Of a DNA stretch of 64,000 nucleotides, positions 1 through 13,254 are shown piece after piece (the stretch's first letter is position 1; every line of letters starts with the position of its first letter). This DNA is from Chiloscyllium plagiosum (Eukaryota): positions 13,999,727 to 14,063,726 of the forward strand of contig NC_057752.1 of the NCBI RefSeq assembly GCF_004010195.1, written 5' to 3'. The notes beneath the pieces are model-generated. The model did not search any database, was not told where the DNA came from, and saw only the letters and a program-made list of their open reading frames with translations. The translations under genes and the position numbers were made by a program.

Positions 1-720
1 ACCCCCGGTATCTGTAACCAAAAAAGATGCAAAACCTGCTGGCACACCACCCCCATCCACAGGGCCCCAACCAGCCCTTCAGGTGAGACAGAGGTTCACC
101 TGCCTCTCCTCCAACCTAGCTTCCTGCATCAGGTGCTCCCGCTGTGGTCTTCTCTACAGCAGGGAGACCAAACGTCAACTTAGGGAACGGTTCACCGACC
201 ATCACAGCCGGGCCCTCAGGGACGATTGGACCTCCCAGTCCCCACCCATTTTAATTCCCCTTCCCACTCCATTTCCGACATGACCATCCTCAGCCTCCTC
301 CATTGCCACAACGAGCCAAACCGCAAATTGGAGGAACAGCACCTCATCCTCCGCCTGGGCAGCCGGCAGCCCGGAGGGCTCAACACTGAGTTCTCCAATT
401 TCAAATCACCTTCCCACCTATCCCCCGACTCCCTTTCCAGCCCCTCCCCCTCCCATCCCTCCAACTGACCCCTCCTTCCAGCTGCCAACTGGATTCATCC
501 CTCCCATCGACCAACCCGGTGGTACCTACCACATGTGTTCACCTGTCACCAGCTCACCACTCCACTCCTCTCCTCACCCATAACCCTTCCCCCCAACCCC
601 CTTTACCTGCAGCTCCCCCTGACACCCACCCCCAGTTACACCCGAAACGTTGACTTCTCCACCACCTGATGCTGCCTGCCCTGCTGTGTTCCTCCAGCCT
701 CCTGCTTGTCACTTCCACGT
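1..720 (+). mobile_element. Penelope-like element, 3' part (decayed GIY-YIG endonuclease plus C-rich terminal region)
   Basis: Translations CIRCSRCGLLYSRETKRQLRERF and HFNSPSHS...RKLEEQHLILRLGSRQPGGLNTEF are typical of the PLE GIY-YIG domain; frameshifted. Confidence 0.88.
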
Positions 721-744
721 CATGGCATTTGCACAGGACAGTGT

Positions 745-858
745 GATCAGAGTGGTGCTGGCAAAGCACAGCAGGTCAGGCAGCATCCGAGGGGCAGGAG
801 AATCGACGTTTCAGGCGTAAGCCTTTCACCAGGACCTGCAGTCCTCACTTTCTCCTAG
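745..858 (-). mobile_element. PLE terminal-repeat fragment with degenerate hammerhead motif
   Basis: Minus strand reads CTGGTGA-A-AGGC-TTAC-GCCT-GAAACGTC (805-832), then GATGCTGCCTGACCTGCTGTGCT. Confidence 0.75.
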
Positions 859-1050
859 CTTCCTCCCATAGCCCAAAGATGTGCGGGATAAGGCCATGCT
901 GAATTATCCATAGCAGCCAGTGCTGTGCAGGCTCGGTGGGTTAGCCATGGGTAATGCAGGGTTACAGGGTCTGGATGGGATGTTCTTCAGAGGGTCGGTA
1001 TGAAATCAGTGGGCTGAAAGGCCTGTTTCCGCACTGGAGGGATTCTGTGA
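858..1050 (+). mobile_element. HE1/V-SINE 3' fragment
   Basis: CCCATAGCCCAAAGATGTGC...GGCCTGTTTCCGCACTG tail shared with the full copies. Confidence 0.75.
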
Positions 1051-1056
1051 TCAATA

Positions 1057-1266
1057 CAGCTTGTTCTGCTATAACGCGTGTTTCATTCTTGCAAATTCGG
1101 TATAACACGATTAATGAATTGGGTACACTGTTTCTGAAGTGCAAACTTTTAAATTGATAATAATGCGATTCCTGCCCCATTAAACAGTGCTGCTATAATA
1201 CAATTTTCTTATAACACGGGATAGCACAAGAATGGAGCTACTGCGTTTATAGCAGAACAGCCCGGA
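1057..1266. mobile_element. Tc1/mariner (Tigger/pogo-like) MITE
   Basis: TA+CAGCTTGTTCTGCTATAACGC ... GCGTTTATAGCAGAACAG imperfect terminal inverted repeats, ~210 bp. Confidence 0.65.
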
Positions 1267-2349
1267 CTACAAAAGGACTTCACTAGTTGTTAATACTCTC
1301 TGGGACACCTTGAAGAGCTAGTAATAATATAAACCTTTCTTTTAAAAAAATAAATTTGGATTTAAGGAAGTGGATTAAGCATTAGAACAAGGGAATTTTG
1401 TACAAACTCAAAAGCAGTCTCCTGCAGATGATGGAAGTCTGAAATGAAAACAACAAACGCTCAAAATAATTGTCAAGTCTGGCCGTCTCTTTCTCTCTCT
1501 CTCTCAAGAGAGCGAGGATTATAGAGTCAATGTTTCAAATTCAAGACCTGAATTTCAATACAAACTCACTTCTTCGATAAACTTTAGAAGTTTATTGTCG
1601 ATGTTTGTGCCCGTTCAGTAAAGTCGATATTGTGTCTTCTTGAACAAGTCGCTGGAGAAACTCAGCAGGGCTGGCAGCATCTATGGCGAGAGAGAAACAG
1701 AGTTAACATTTCCCCCAGTCCAGTGTGACTTCTTCAGAATTAGAAGCAGCTAGAAAAAGGCAGGCGCTCCGAAAGCTAGTGTGCTTCCAAATAAACCTGT
1801 TGGTCTATAACCTGGTGTTGTGGGATTTTTAACTCGGGAAAGATGGTATTTAAGGAGATTGTGGGGGTGGAAATGAAGTCCAGGTAAATGGCTGCTGGTC
1901 TCAGGCCTGCTATAGTGCTCCAGTGAGGTTAAATGCAAACTGATTTCCTCTCAAACTGTTGTGAGTTAGCCTGACTGCCGTTTAATGTGATCACAAGTGA
2001 TGGTCTCGTGGCTGCTATATAGTGGCCAGTTGCTTTGTCACCTCTTTGTGTTCAGCTCTCACTGTGGTTTCATGGCATAACAGCAAAAAGCGAGTCTTTC
2101 TCACTAGTATCTCACTGTCTTCACCAGCAAGCCTAAAGTACTGCCTCTTTGTAGTAACGTCTATGAACTGGGTACCTTGCAGACTGCAATCTGGAATCGG
2201 AGGAAGGGTCACTGAACCCAAAACGCCAGCTCTGATGTTTCTCCACAGACCTGCTGAGATTTTCCATCAATTTCTGTCGTTGTTTCTGATTTCCAGCATC
2301 CGCAGTTCTTTCAGTGATAGTGATTGTTTAGCCATTGTCTTACTCATTT

Positions 2350-2578
2350 GATTCACTAATGTCTGAAAGGAAAGACCTTTAGGCTGTAAGGTACAGGAAG
2401 AAATCTGCCGTCTTTCCCCGGTCTAGTTTACACAGGCCCACGGCAATGTGGCTGACTCTTAACCACGCTCAGCAATGGCCCAGTGAGCCACTCTGTTTCA
2501 GGGCAATTAGGGACAGGCCATAAATGCTGGCCTGGTGACATCCACATCCCCTGAAAGAATAAAGATACAAAAAAAAAG
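2350..2578 (+). mobile_element. SINE 3' part with CR1-type tail (same family as 60730-61050)
   Basis: GGAAGAAATCTGCCG...GGGCAATTAGGGACAGGCCATAAATGCTGGCC motif recurs in the window. Confidence 0.6.
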
Positions 2579-2974
2579 GAGGGTCTCAGAAGAGGCGTGC
2601 CCGATAGCTGGGTAGTATACAAACCCACTAACATGTGGTTATACCCTGGTGCCCAGGCTTTGTGTGAGAAGACGGCTAAGAGGGGGGTTAAACTCTGACA
2701 GAACATCCAACTGCCATTCTGTCAGCAGCAATCTGTCATCGAAAAGGCATCTCTCTGGCAACTCACGCAGCAGAGCTGGTAGCAAGCTCACCCTGCCCCT
2801 TTGGGCAATGCCAGTACTGCCAGGGGATGGTGAGGGGGCTGGGAGCCACTGATGCTTGGGCAACTTATTGTCTCCTCCCCAAGCTGCACCCGAGAGGGGG
2901 CTGGGTAATGTTGACACAGCACAGAAAGCAGCAGGTTTGAAGCCTTCACTTGATTGGTGGAGAACAGCAGGAAT

Positions 2975-3215
2975 ACAGAAAATAGGAGTAATGTGAGGCA
3001 ATTTGGCCCTTTAAGCCTGTTCCACCATTCGATATAAACGTGGCTGGTCATCCAACTCCGCCCCCTGTTCCCATTCTCTCCCCCATACCCTTTTGATCCT
3101 TTTAGCCCGAAGAACTCGATCTAATTCATTGGAAACATTCAATGTTTTGGCCTGAACTGCTTTCTGTGGCAGAGAATTCCATAGGCTCTCCCACTCTCTG
3201 GACGAAGACATTTTA
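2975..3215 (-). mobile_element. CR1 LINE 3' end fragment
   Basis: SLWNSLPQKAVQAKTLNV...ELDRVL, a CR1 ORF2 C-terminus. Confidence 0.8.
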
Positions 3216-3761
3216 AAATCCTACACCGTAGAATCCCCACAGGGCAGGTAGAGGCCATTCAGCCCCTTGAGTCTGCACTGACCCTCTGAAGGGCATCCCA
3301 CGCAGACCCAGCCAAACCCCCCCCCACCCTTTTTACCCTTTCTCCTAATCCCTGAGGTGAATGGCCGACCACATATCCTTAAACCGTGTCACAGTGCCGG
3401 GATTGGGGGGGGGGTGTCGCTTCTGTTGGAGTTGAGAGGTCACTTGATCTCATCAGATCACTATTCCCTGCCCCAGGCTGGGCAATGAGACACTGCCCAC
3501 CATCCTCCTGCCAAGCCTGCTCACTTCAGCGAGCACATGGAGCTCAAAGAGACATCCCTTCACAGGCCAGTACCGAATTGATGCACTGGGTGGAACAAAA
3601 GTCACTAAAGAAGGCAACAGTTCGTCTTACCTCAAATAGGAGTATAGGCACCATGATATACTCTCTAGGCACAGTCAACTGACCCTTCAGAGACAGACAG
3701 ATGATGTAGGGGTGTGTGTAAATTGATGACATGCGCATGCAGTTAAAAATACAATGGGACA

Positions 3762-4180
3762 GCTTCATAGCTCCTTGAAAGTGGAGTCGCAGGTAGATAG
3801 GATAGTGAAGGAGGCATTTGGTATGCTTTCCTTTATTGGTCAGAGTATTGAGTACAGGAGTTGGGAGGTCATGTTGCGGCTGTACAGGACGTTGGTTAGG
3901 CCACTTGGAATATTGCGTGCAATTCTGGTCTCCCTTCCTATCGGAAGGATGTTGTGAAACTTGAAAGGGATGGTGCGTGTATGGAATGAGCTGCCAGAGG
4001 AAGTGGTGGAGGCTGGTACAATTGCAACATTTAAAAGGTATTTGGATGGGTACATGGATAGGAAGGGTTTGGAGGGATATGGACCAAGTGCTGGAAAATG
4101 GGACTAGGTCAGATTGGGGTGTCTGGTTGGCATGGATGAGTTGGGCTGTTGGGTCTGTTTCCATGCTGTATGACTGTATG
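3762..4180 (+). mobile_element. CR1 LINE 3' fragment with internal deletion near 3968
   Basis: VKEAFGMLSFIGQSIEYRSWEVMLRLYRTLVRP jumps to the VWNELPEEVVEAG region and 3' UTR. Confidence 0.88.
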
Positions 4181-4822
4181 AGTGAATGGGATCAGACAGC
4201 ACGGCTGATGTTTTGAGGCTCACTGTGGGCCCTGTCTGGAGGGAGTGAACAGATCTGAAACAGCCTGTGCCAACCTCTGCAGGACACAGGGTATGACTTG
4301 GCGTTATTTGACAGAAATAATNNNNNNNNNNNNNNNNNNNNNNNNNNNNNNNNNNNNNNNNNNNNNNNNNNNNNNNNNNNNNNNNNNNNNNNNNNNNNNN
4401 NNNNNNNNNNNNNNNNNNNNNNNNNNNNNNNNNNNNNNNNNNNNNNNNNNNNNNNNNNNNNNNNNNNNNNNNNNNNNNNNNNNNNNNNNNNNNNNNNNNN
4501 NNNNNNNNNNNNNNNNNNNNNNNNNNNNNNNNNNNNNNNNNNNNNNNNNNNNNNNNNNNNNNNNNNNNNNNNNNNNNNNNNNNNNNNNNNNNNNNNNNNN
4601 NNNNNNNNNNNNNNNNNNNNNNNNNNNNNNNNNNNNNNNNNNNNNNNNNNNNNNNNNNNNNNNNNNNNNNNNNNNNNNNNNNNNNNNNNNNNNNNNNNNN
4701 NNNNNNNNNNNNNNNNNNNNNNNNNNNNNNNNNNNNNNNNNNNNNNNNNNNNNNNNNNNNNNNNNNNNNNNNNNNNNNNNNNNNNNNNNNNNNNNNNNNN
4801 NNNNNNNNNNNNNNNNNNNNNA

Positions 4823-5560
4823 GATCTGTATGAAGTCTGTCCCATTCAGCACAGGATAGTGCCACACAACACGATGTCTCCACAAGGACTGTGTGGTGGT
4901 CACTCTTACCGATAATGTCACGGATAGATATATCTGCAGCTGGCAGATTGGTAAGGATGAGGTTGAGTATGTTTTTTCCTCTTGTTGGTCCCCCCACCAC
5001 CTGCCGCAGACCCAGGGTAGCAGCTATGTCCTTTAGGACCTGACCAGCTCGATCAGTAATACTGCTGCTGAGCCACTCTTGGTGGTGAACATTGAAATCC
5101 CCCAACCAGGGTACATTCTGTGACCTTGCCACCCTCAGTGCTTCCTCTAAGTGTTGTTCAACGTGGACGAGTACCGATTCATCAGCCGAGGGAGGGTGGT
5201 ACGTGGGAATCAGCAGGAGGGTTCCTTGCCCAGCTTTAACCTGAAGCTATGAGACTTCATGAGGCCCAGAGTCAATGTTGAAGACTCCCAGAGTAATTCC
5301 CTCCCGACTGTATCCCAGTGTGTCCCCACCCTCAGCTGGGTCTGTCCTGCCGGTGGGACAGGATGTATCCAGGGATGGTGATGGTGGTGCCTGGGACATT
5401 GTATGGAAGGTATGATTCCGTGAGTATGACCATGTCAGGCTGTTGTTGGAGTAATCTGTGAGACAGCTCCCCCCACTGGCCCCCAGGTGGTGGCAAGGAG
5501 GTCTTGGCAGGTTAGGCAGAGCTGGGTTTGCCATTGCCAGTGCCTCGGTTGATGCCGGAT
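4823..5560 (-). mobile_element. CR1-clade LINE, AP-endonuclease fragment (second family)
   Basis: GDFNVHHQEWL...PTRGKNILNLILTN...SDHHTV are APE motifs. Confidence 0.88.
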
Positions 5561-6244
5561 GGTCTGTCCAATTCCATTTTTGTTTTCTGTCATAGTTTGA
5601 GACAGCGGAGTAGCTGGCTCAAACCTTGTTAGGAGCGTGTCCGTGGGATGTGAATGTTGCTGGTTGGGCCGGTGTTCGTTGCCGTTGAACTAAGCAGCTT
5701 CCTCGGCTGTTTGAGAGGCGAACGTTTTGTTACTGTGGCTCCATAGACTATTGCCAATGGTTGCCATTTGAGTTAGCTTTTAATTCTCAGATATTTGAAC
5801 TGGAATGCATATTTCATTGTCTGCTGTGGTAGGATTTGAATCCATATCTCCAGAGTATGAACCTGGGGTTCTGGATTACATGTCAAGCAACACTACTGCT
5901 TTGCCACACTGATGTTGCTTTGTGCAGTAGGAACACTGCTTGCCCCACACTGACCATACTTCCTTTTACCTTGTGTGCTGACCCCCACAATATTTACTTC
6001 CTGCCCTCTGGCGTTGAACTTCCTGTTAGCTCTGAGGCCAGTATTTCAGATGGTATTGGAACTTCATTCACATTGCTGTGGGTCTGGAGTCACACCAGAT
6101 CAGGACAGTCAATTTCCTTCCCAGTAACTCTCATTGCTGACTCCAAGCCCCATGATGTTTCACAAAAAGGGCATTAGCGGATACTTTTCAATCCATAATG
6201 GTCACTGTTGCTCAGACCAGCTTTGTGGATCAAATTACTCCATT

Positions 6245-6500
6245 GGTGGCTCAGTGGTTAGCACTGTTGCCTCACCACGCCAAGGGCCCAGGTTCGATTC
6301 CAGCCTCGGGCGACCATCTGTGTGGAGTTTGCACATTCTCCCTGTGTCCGCAAGGGTTTCATCCTCCAGACCAAAGACGTGCAGGTTAGGTGGTTTAACT
6401 ATGGGAAATGCAGCGTTACAGGGAGAGGGTAAGGGTCTGGGTGGGATGGTGTGCACTTAATGGGCTGAAATGACCAGCTTTCACGCTGTAGGGCTTCTTT
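6245..6500 (+). mobile_element. HE1/V-SINE
   Basis: tRNA-like head GGTGGCTCAGTGGTTAGCACTG...GGTTCGATTCC plus TGTGTGGAGTTTGCAC core. Confidence 0.85.
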
Positions 6501-7344
6501 CATTATTTGAAAGCAAAACCAACTGCAGAGGCTGGCAATCAGAAGCTGCTGGGGAAAATCTCAGCAGGTCAAGCAATATCTGATAAAAAGCAGGGTTAGC
6601 ATTTCTGAATTCATGAAATTATAAAGCTCCCATCGCCACAACCTCCCTTCCCTCACAATCTGCTGTTGTGGTGTTGGTCGAATGATTAAAAACTGTTCAG
6701 GACATCAGGAAGGAGAGCATCCCAACTCTCCGAAACAGGATCTCCCACCTCCAACCTGGTCAGCCATAGCTCCTTGGTTTAATCTTCCATGCAAAAAGGT
6801 GACATCTCTGACAGTGCGGTACTCCCTCTGTGTTAGACTGGAAGTTTCCGTTCTGGAGAAGAGTCATATCGGACTGAAAACCACTCGCTCTGTTTCTCTC
6901 TCTCTCTCTCCAAAGACGCAACCAGACCTTCCACAGACCTGGAAGGAGAGTGCGATTTTTTTTTCCTTACAGACTTGAGGTAGGTCAAGAGTTAATATTT
7001 GTTCGGGGGGGGGGGGGGAAAGTAAAGTTTTGGCAGGAACGACAAAACCAAGCATCTGGGATACAGATTTAGCGATGGATGAGATGTGGGATTTTTTTTT
7101 TCTCTTTTGAAAAGAGAGAAGATAGTGAGGCCTGTAGGAGTGCTAAATGAATCCAACTGCTTCCTGCTTTAGAGGTCGAGAGTGCTGTTTACCTGATTGA
7201 TGACGACTGGAGAATGACTTTTCAATTTCTCTAACTTTCCATTTCTCAGCTTCTTCCTCTAGATCCCAGCGAGTCCAAATTGGCCCATGTAAGAAAAGCA
7301 GAACTGCCCCCACTGAAATTTAAAAGTAATTGTGTCACAAAAAC

Positions 7345-7565
7345 ATAAGAACTCGGAACAGGAGTCGGCCATCTTGCCCATCGAGCCTGCTCTGCCATCC
7401 AATAAGATCGTGGCTGATCTTTTTTGTGGACTGCGCTCCACTTACCCGCCCTCCCACCGTAACCTATAATTCCTTTATTGTTCAAAAGTCTATCTATCGT
7501 TGCCTTAGAAACATTCAATGAGGTATCCTCAACTGGGCAGGGAATTCCAGATTCACAAGCCTTTG
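7345..7565 (-). mobile_element. CR1 3' end fragment
   Basis: SLNVSKATIDRLLNNKGIIGYG plus 3' UTR. Confidence 0.75.
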
Positions 7566-7811
7566 GGTTGTGCATCGATAATGCTTTGTGGACACGGGTT
7601 TGAGTCCCAACACGGCACACGGTGGCATTTAAATTCAATGAACCAACCTGAAATGTAGCGGCAACTGTAACAAACAGTGTTGTTGAAGCCCCAACTCATA
7701 ACCTTCGGGGAAGGAAATCCGCCGTCCTTACCCTGCCTGGTCTACGTGTGACTCCAGACCCACAGCAATGGGGTTGAATCTGAAATGCTCTCTGAAATCG
7801 ATGAGTAAGGC

Positions 7812-7968
7812 ACCTCCCCACCCCCACCCTCCTCTCATTTATCTCTCCACCCTTCAGGCTCTCTGCCTGGATTCCTGATGAAGGCCTTTTGCCTGAAACG
7901 TCGATTTTGCTGCTCCTCGGATGCTGCCTGAACTGCTATGCTCTTCCAGCACCACTCTAATCCAGAAT
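7812..7968 (+). mobile_element. PLE terminal fragment inserted in a SINE
   Basis: C-rich PLE end with hammerhead core, then GATGCTGCCTGAACTGCT; the flanks are the two halves of the CR1-tailed SINE. Confidence 0.75.
7871..7906 (+). ncRNA. Minimal type-I hammerhead ribozyme motif (PLE-associated)
   Basis: CTGATGA (7875-81), stem II AGGC/GCCT, GAAA, palindromic ACGT stem III, GTC cleavage triplet. Confidence 0.7.
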
Positions 7969-8084
7969 CCACTCAGTTCAAGGGGCAATTTTGGCCTTGC
8001 AGCTTTCTATGAAAGGATACATTTAAAATTCTACCAGAGCATCATGTTTCTGGCCTGTCTGAATGCAATTAGTATTCAGTTAGA

Positions 8085-8965
8085 AAGTCATAGAGTCATA
8101 CAGCATGGAAAAAACACCGACTATTAACCCTATCTATACCCTTCATGATTTTATAAACCTCTATAAGGTCACCCCTCAGCCTCCGACGCTCCAGGGAACA
8201 AACTCCCAGCCTATCCAGCCTCTCCTTATAACTCAAGTCCCCTATTCCCTTTAACATCCTGGTAAATCTGCTCTGAACTCTCTCCAGTTTAATAATATCC
8301 TTCCTCTAACAGGGCGACCAGAACTGGACACAGTTCTCCAGAAGAGGCCTCACCAATGTCCTGTACAACCTCAACATGACGTCCCAACTCCTACACTCAA
8401 AGGGCTGAGCAATGAAGGCAAATGTGCTAAACGCCTTCTTAACCCCCCCCCCCTGTCTACATATGATGCAAACTTCAAGGAATTATGTTCCTGCACCCCA
8501 GGTCACTCTGTTCTATAATACTACCCAGAGTCCCACCATTAATTGTATAAGCCCTACCCTTGTCTGTTGTACAAACACCTCACATTTTTCCACATTGTGC
8601 TGCATCTGCCATTTTTCAGCCCATTGACCCATTTGATCAAGATCCCTTTGTAATCTTAGAAAATCTTCTTCACTGTCCACTACATCACCAATTTTGATGC
8701 CGTTCACAAACTTACTGGCCATGCCTTCTATACCGACATCCAAATCATTTATATAACTGACAAACAACAGTGGACCCAGCACCGATCCCTGTGGAACACC
8801 GCTGGTCACAGGTCTCCAATTCGAAAAACAACCCTTCACCACCAGCCTCTGTCTCCTGATGTTAAGCCAATTTTGTATCCAGGTGGCAAGCTCACCCTGA
8901 ATCCCATGTGACCTTAACTTTGCTCGCGATTCCACTGTGCAGTCAAAGGCTTTACTAAATTCCAA
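8085..8965 (-). mobile_element. CR1 LINE RT fragment
   Basis: FSKAFD...SGVPQGSVLGPLLF...SKFVNGIKIG (decayed FADD motif). Confidence 0.92.
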
Positions 8966-9099
8966 ATAATCCCATCCTCCTTCTCGAACCAAGAAAAAGG
9001 CTTCTGTGCACCGGATTGGTAAGGTGACTAGTTTCTTTTTTTTTACTTTTCAGGAGTCTCATTGGGAATTTACAATCATGGGAATGGAGGTTAGGGCAG

Positions 9100-10228
9100 T
9101 TGAATGTTCCTCCATCAGTGGTGGGCAAGTTGTTGGAGGGAATCCTGAGGGACAGGATGGACACGTATTTGGAAAAGCAAGGACTGATTCGGAATAGTTA
9201 ACATGGTTTTGTGCGTGGGAAATCATGTCTCACAAATTTGATTGAGTTTTTTGAAGAAGTAACAAAGAAGATTGATAAGTGCAGAGCAGTAGATGTGATC
9301 TATATGGACTTCAGTAAGGCGTTCAACAAGGTTCCCCATGGGAGACTGGTTAGCAAGGTTAGATCTCATGGAATACAGGGAGAACTAGCCATTTGGATAC
9401 AGAACTGGCTCAAAGGGAGAAGACAGAGGGTGATGGTGGAGGATTGTTTTTCAGACTGGAGCCTGTGACCAGTGGAGTGCCACAAGGATCGATGCTGGGT
9501 CCTCTACTTTTCGTCATTTATAAAAATAATTTGGATGCGAGCATAAGAGGTACAGTTAGTAAGTTTGCAGATGACACCAAAATTGGAGGTGTAGTGGACA
9601 GTGAAGAGGGTTACCTCAGATTACAACAGGATCTNNNNNNNNNNNNNNNNNNNNNNNNNNNNNNNNNNNNNNNNNNNNNNNNNNNNNNNNNNNNNNNNNN
9701 NNNNNNNNNNNNNNNNNNNNNNNNNNNNNNNNNNNNNNNNNNNNNNNNNNNNNNNNNNNNNNNNNNNNNNNNNNNNNNNNNNNNNNNNNNNNNNNNNNNN
9801 NNNNNNNNNNNNNNNNNNNNNNNNNNNNNNNNNNNNNNNNNNNNNNNNNNNNNNNNNNNNNNNNNNNNNNNNNNNNNNNNNNNNNNNNNNNNNNNNNNNN
9901 NNNNNNNNNNNNNNNNNNNNNNNNNNNNNNNNNNNNNNNNNNNNNNNNNNNNNNNNNNNNNNNNNNNNNNNNNNNNNNAAAGATATAAAAGAGACCTAAG
10001 GGGCAACTTTTTCACACAGAGGGTGGTACATGTATGGAATGAGCTACCAGAGGATGTGGTGGAGGCTGGTACAATTACAACATTTAAAAGGCAGCTGGAT
10101 GCGTATATGAATAGGAAGGGATTGGAGGGATATGGGCCGGGTGCTGGCAGGTGGGGCTAGATTGGGTTGGGATATCTGGTCGGCATGGACGGGTTGGGCC
10201 GAAGGGTCTGTTTCCATGCTGTATATCT
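9100..10228 (+). mobile_element. CR1 LINE RT to 3' end (gap inside)
   Basis: GKSCLTNLIEFFEEVTK...DFSKAF...SGVPQGS...SKFADDTKIGG; ends in a (GACTCTA)n tail. Confidence 0.93.
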
Positions 10229-12663
10229 CTATGACTCTACGACTCTAATGTGAGAGGTGAGGGTCACCGCTGGTGTCCCTGCTGACTACATCTGTGGGAA
10301 GTGTACCCAACCCCAGCTCCTTGAAAACCGCGTTAGGAGCTAGAGCTGGAGCTGAATGAACTTCGGATCATTCGGGAGGCAGAGGGGGTTATTGAGAGGA
10401 GTTACAGGGCGGTAGTCACACCTTAGGTACAAGAAGAAGGTAGATGGGTTACCGTCAGGGGACGGAAAGGGAACCGGCAAGCAGTGCAGGGATCCCCTGT
10501 GGCCATTCCCCTCAACAATAAGTATACTGTTTTGGGTACTGTTGGGGGGGGGGGGCGGGGGGGGGTTACCAGGGGAAAGCAGTGGGGCACAGGGCTCTGG
10601 CATAGAGTCTGTCCCTGCTGCTCAGAAGGGGAAGGGGAAGAGGAGCAGAGCAGTAGTCATTGGGTACTCCATAGTTAGGGGGACAGATAGGAGGTTCTGT
10701 GGGGATGAGAGAGACTCCTGGTTGGTGTGTTGCCTCCCAGGTGCCAAGATGTCTCTGATTGTGTTTTTGAGATCCTTAAGGGGGAGGGGGAGCAGCCCCA
10801 AGTCGTGGTCCACATGGTCACCAACGACCGTTTAAGGACTCATCTACTGAAGTAGTATAGGCTACGTTTAGAAACAGGTCACCCTGTTGGGAGTTTTCTA
10901 TCAGCCTCTGAATAGATCCAGAGATGTAGAGGAAAGGAGAGCAAAGATTATTCTGGATAGGAGTGAGAGTAACAGGGTAGTTGTTAGGGGGGACTTCAAC
11001 TTACCAAATATTGACTGGAAATACTATAGAGTACTTTAGATGGATGAGGTTTTTGTCCAATGTGTGCAGGAGGGCTTCCTGACACAGTATGTAGACAGGC
11101 CAACAAGGGACGAGGCCACATTGGAATCGGTACTGGGTAATGAACCAGGCCAGGTGTTAGATTTGGAGGTAGGTGAGCACTTTGGCGATAGTGATCACAA
11201 TTCGGTTATGTTTACTTAAGCGATGGAAAGGGATAGGTATATACTGGAGGGAAAGAGAAACAGCTGGGGGAAAGGCAATTATGATGCGACTAGACAAGAT
11301 TTAGGATACATAGGATGGGGAAGGAAACTGCAGGGGATGGGCACAATTGAAATGTGGAGCTTATTCAAGGAACAGCTACTGCGTGTCCTTGATAAGTATG
11401 TACCTGTCAGGCAGGGAGGAAGTGGTCGAGTGAAGGAGCCGTGGTTTACTAAAGACGTTGAATCTCTTGTCAAGAGGAAGAAGGCGGCTTATGTTAGGAT
11501 GAGACGTGAAGGCTCAGTTAGGGTGCTTGAGTGTTACAGGTTAGCCAGGAAAGACCAAAAGAGAGAGCTAAGGAGAGCCAGGAGGGGACATGAGAAGTCT
11601 TTGGCAGGTTGGATCAAGAAAAACGCTGAAACTTTCTATAGGTATATCAGGAATAAAAGAATGACTAAGAGTAGGGTTAGGGCCAATCAAGGATAGTAGT
11701 GGGAAGTTGTGCGTGGAGTCTGAGGAGATAGGGGAAGCGCTAAGTGAATATTGTTCGTCAGTATTCACACTGGAAAAAGACAATGTTGCCGAGGAGAATA
11801 CTGAAATACAGGCTACTAGACTAGACTTGGAGTATTGCGTACAAGTCTGGTCCCCGCATTATAGGAAGGATGTGGAAGCTTTGGAAAGGGTTCAGAGGAG
11901 ATTTAGATTAGATTAGATTCCCTAAAGTGCGGAAACAGGCCCTTGGGCCCAACCAGTCCACACTGACCCTCCAAAGAGTAACCCACCCAGTTCCATTTCT
12001 CTCTGACTAATGCACCTAACACTACGGGCAATTTAACATGACCAATTCACCTGACCTGCACATCTTTGGACTGTGGGAGGAAACCGGAGCACCTGGAGGA
12101 AACCCACGCAGACACGGGGAGAATGTGCAAACTCCACACAGACAGTTGCCCGAGGCTGGATTGAACCCGGGACCCTGGTGCTGTGAGGTAGCAGTGCTAA
12201 CCACTGAGCCACCCTACTCAGATGTTGCCTGGTATGGAGGTAAAGGTATTACGAGGAAAGGTTGAGGGACTTGAGGCTGTTTTCATTAGAGAGAAGAATG
12301 TTGAGAGGTGACTTCATTGAGACATATAAGATAATCAGAAGGTTAGATAGAGTGGACAGTGAGAGCCTTTTTCCTCGGATGGTGATGGCTAGCACAAAGG
12401 GACATAGCTTTAAATTGAGAGGTGATAGATGTAGGACAGATGTCAGAGGTAGTTTCTTTACTCAGAGAGAAGTAAAGACGTGGAACGGCCTGTCTGCAAC
12501 AGTAGTAGACTCGCCAACCTTAAGGGCATTTAAATGGTCATTGGATAAACATATGGATGGAAATGGAATAGTGTAGGTTGGATGGGCTTCAGATTGGTTC
12601 CACAGGTCGGCGCAACATCGAGGGCCGAAGGGCCTGTACTGCGCTGGAATGTTCTATGTTCTA
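10229..12663 (+). mobile_element. CR1 LINE: ORF1 (Zn-finger/esterase) and APE, large internal deletion at ~11825, 3' end; interrupted by a SINE
   Basis: DYICGKC and RAVVIGYSIVRGTD...VCCLPGA (ORF1 SGNH-esterase-like), GDFN/SDHN endonuclease motifs, LEYCVQVWSPHYRKD, and (TTCTATG)n tail. Confidence 0.9.
11905..12215 (-). mobile_element. HE1/V-SINE, full length, nested in CR1
   Basis: (TTAGA)n tail, core and tRNA head; CR1 sequence resumes after it. Confidence 0.92.
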
Positions 12664-13254
12664 AACAACAGACATCAAATCATGGAAGCCCCACAGTGTG
12701 GAAACAAGCCATTCGGCCCAACAAGTCCACACTGATCCTCCAAAGAACACCAGATCCATACCCATCCCTGAACAGTACGGGTAATTTAGTATGGCCAATT
12801 CACCTAAGTCGCACATCTTTGGCATGTTGTGTGTTTCTATGCAAACTGTAAAATGTTTGTCAAACACCTTTTTCATGATAAAATGTCTCTCTCTCCCCCC
12901 TCCCTCTCTCTCTCTCTCTTTTCTCAGTTGCACAATGACTGTTCTCCTGGAAGGGGAACAACACCTTCTTCCATCAAGCAATTTGATCCTGCCCTGTCCA
13001 CAGTGTAGCAGCTTCGTTCAGCATTGGTGCCACCATGCCATCAGTAGTTAGAGATGGGGCTGGACAATCTGTCCCCAGACTCAGGACAGAAATAACAGCA
13101 AGGAAAGTCTCCTGATGAAATTACCCCTCCATGTACATGGTAACAGTTGGGTAACAAACAATACTCTCAAAATCAGTCATTCTCAGCTGTCTCCAGACAG
13201 GATTGACTGGGGAATTGCCTGAACATCTCTCTTCCGTCTGGGAATAACAGCGAC

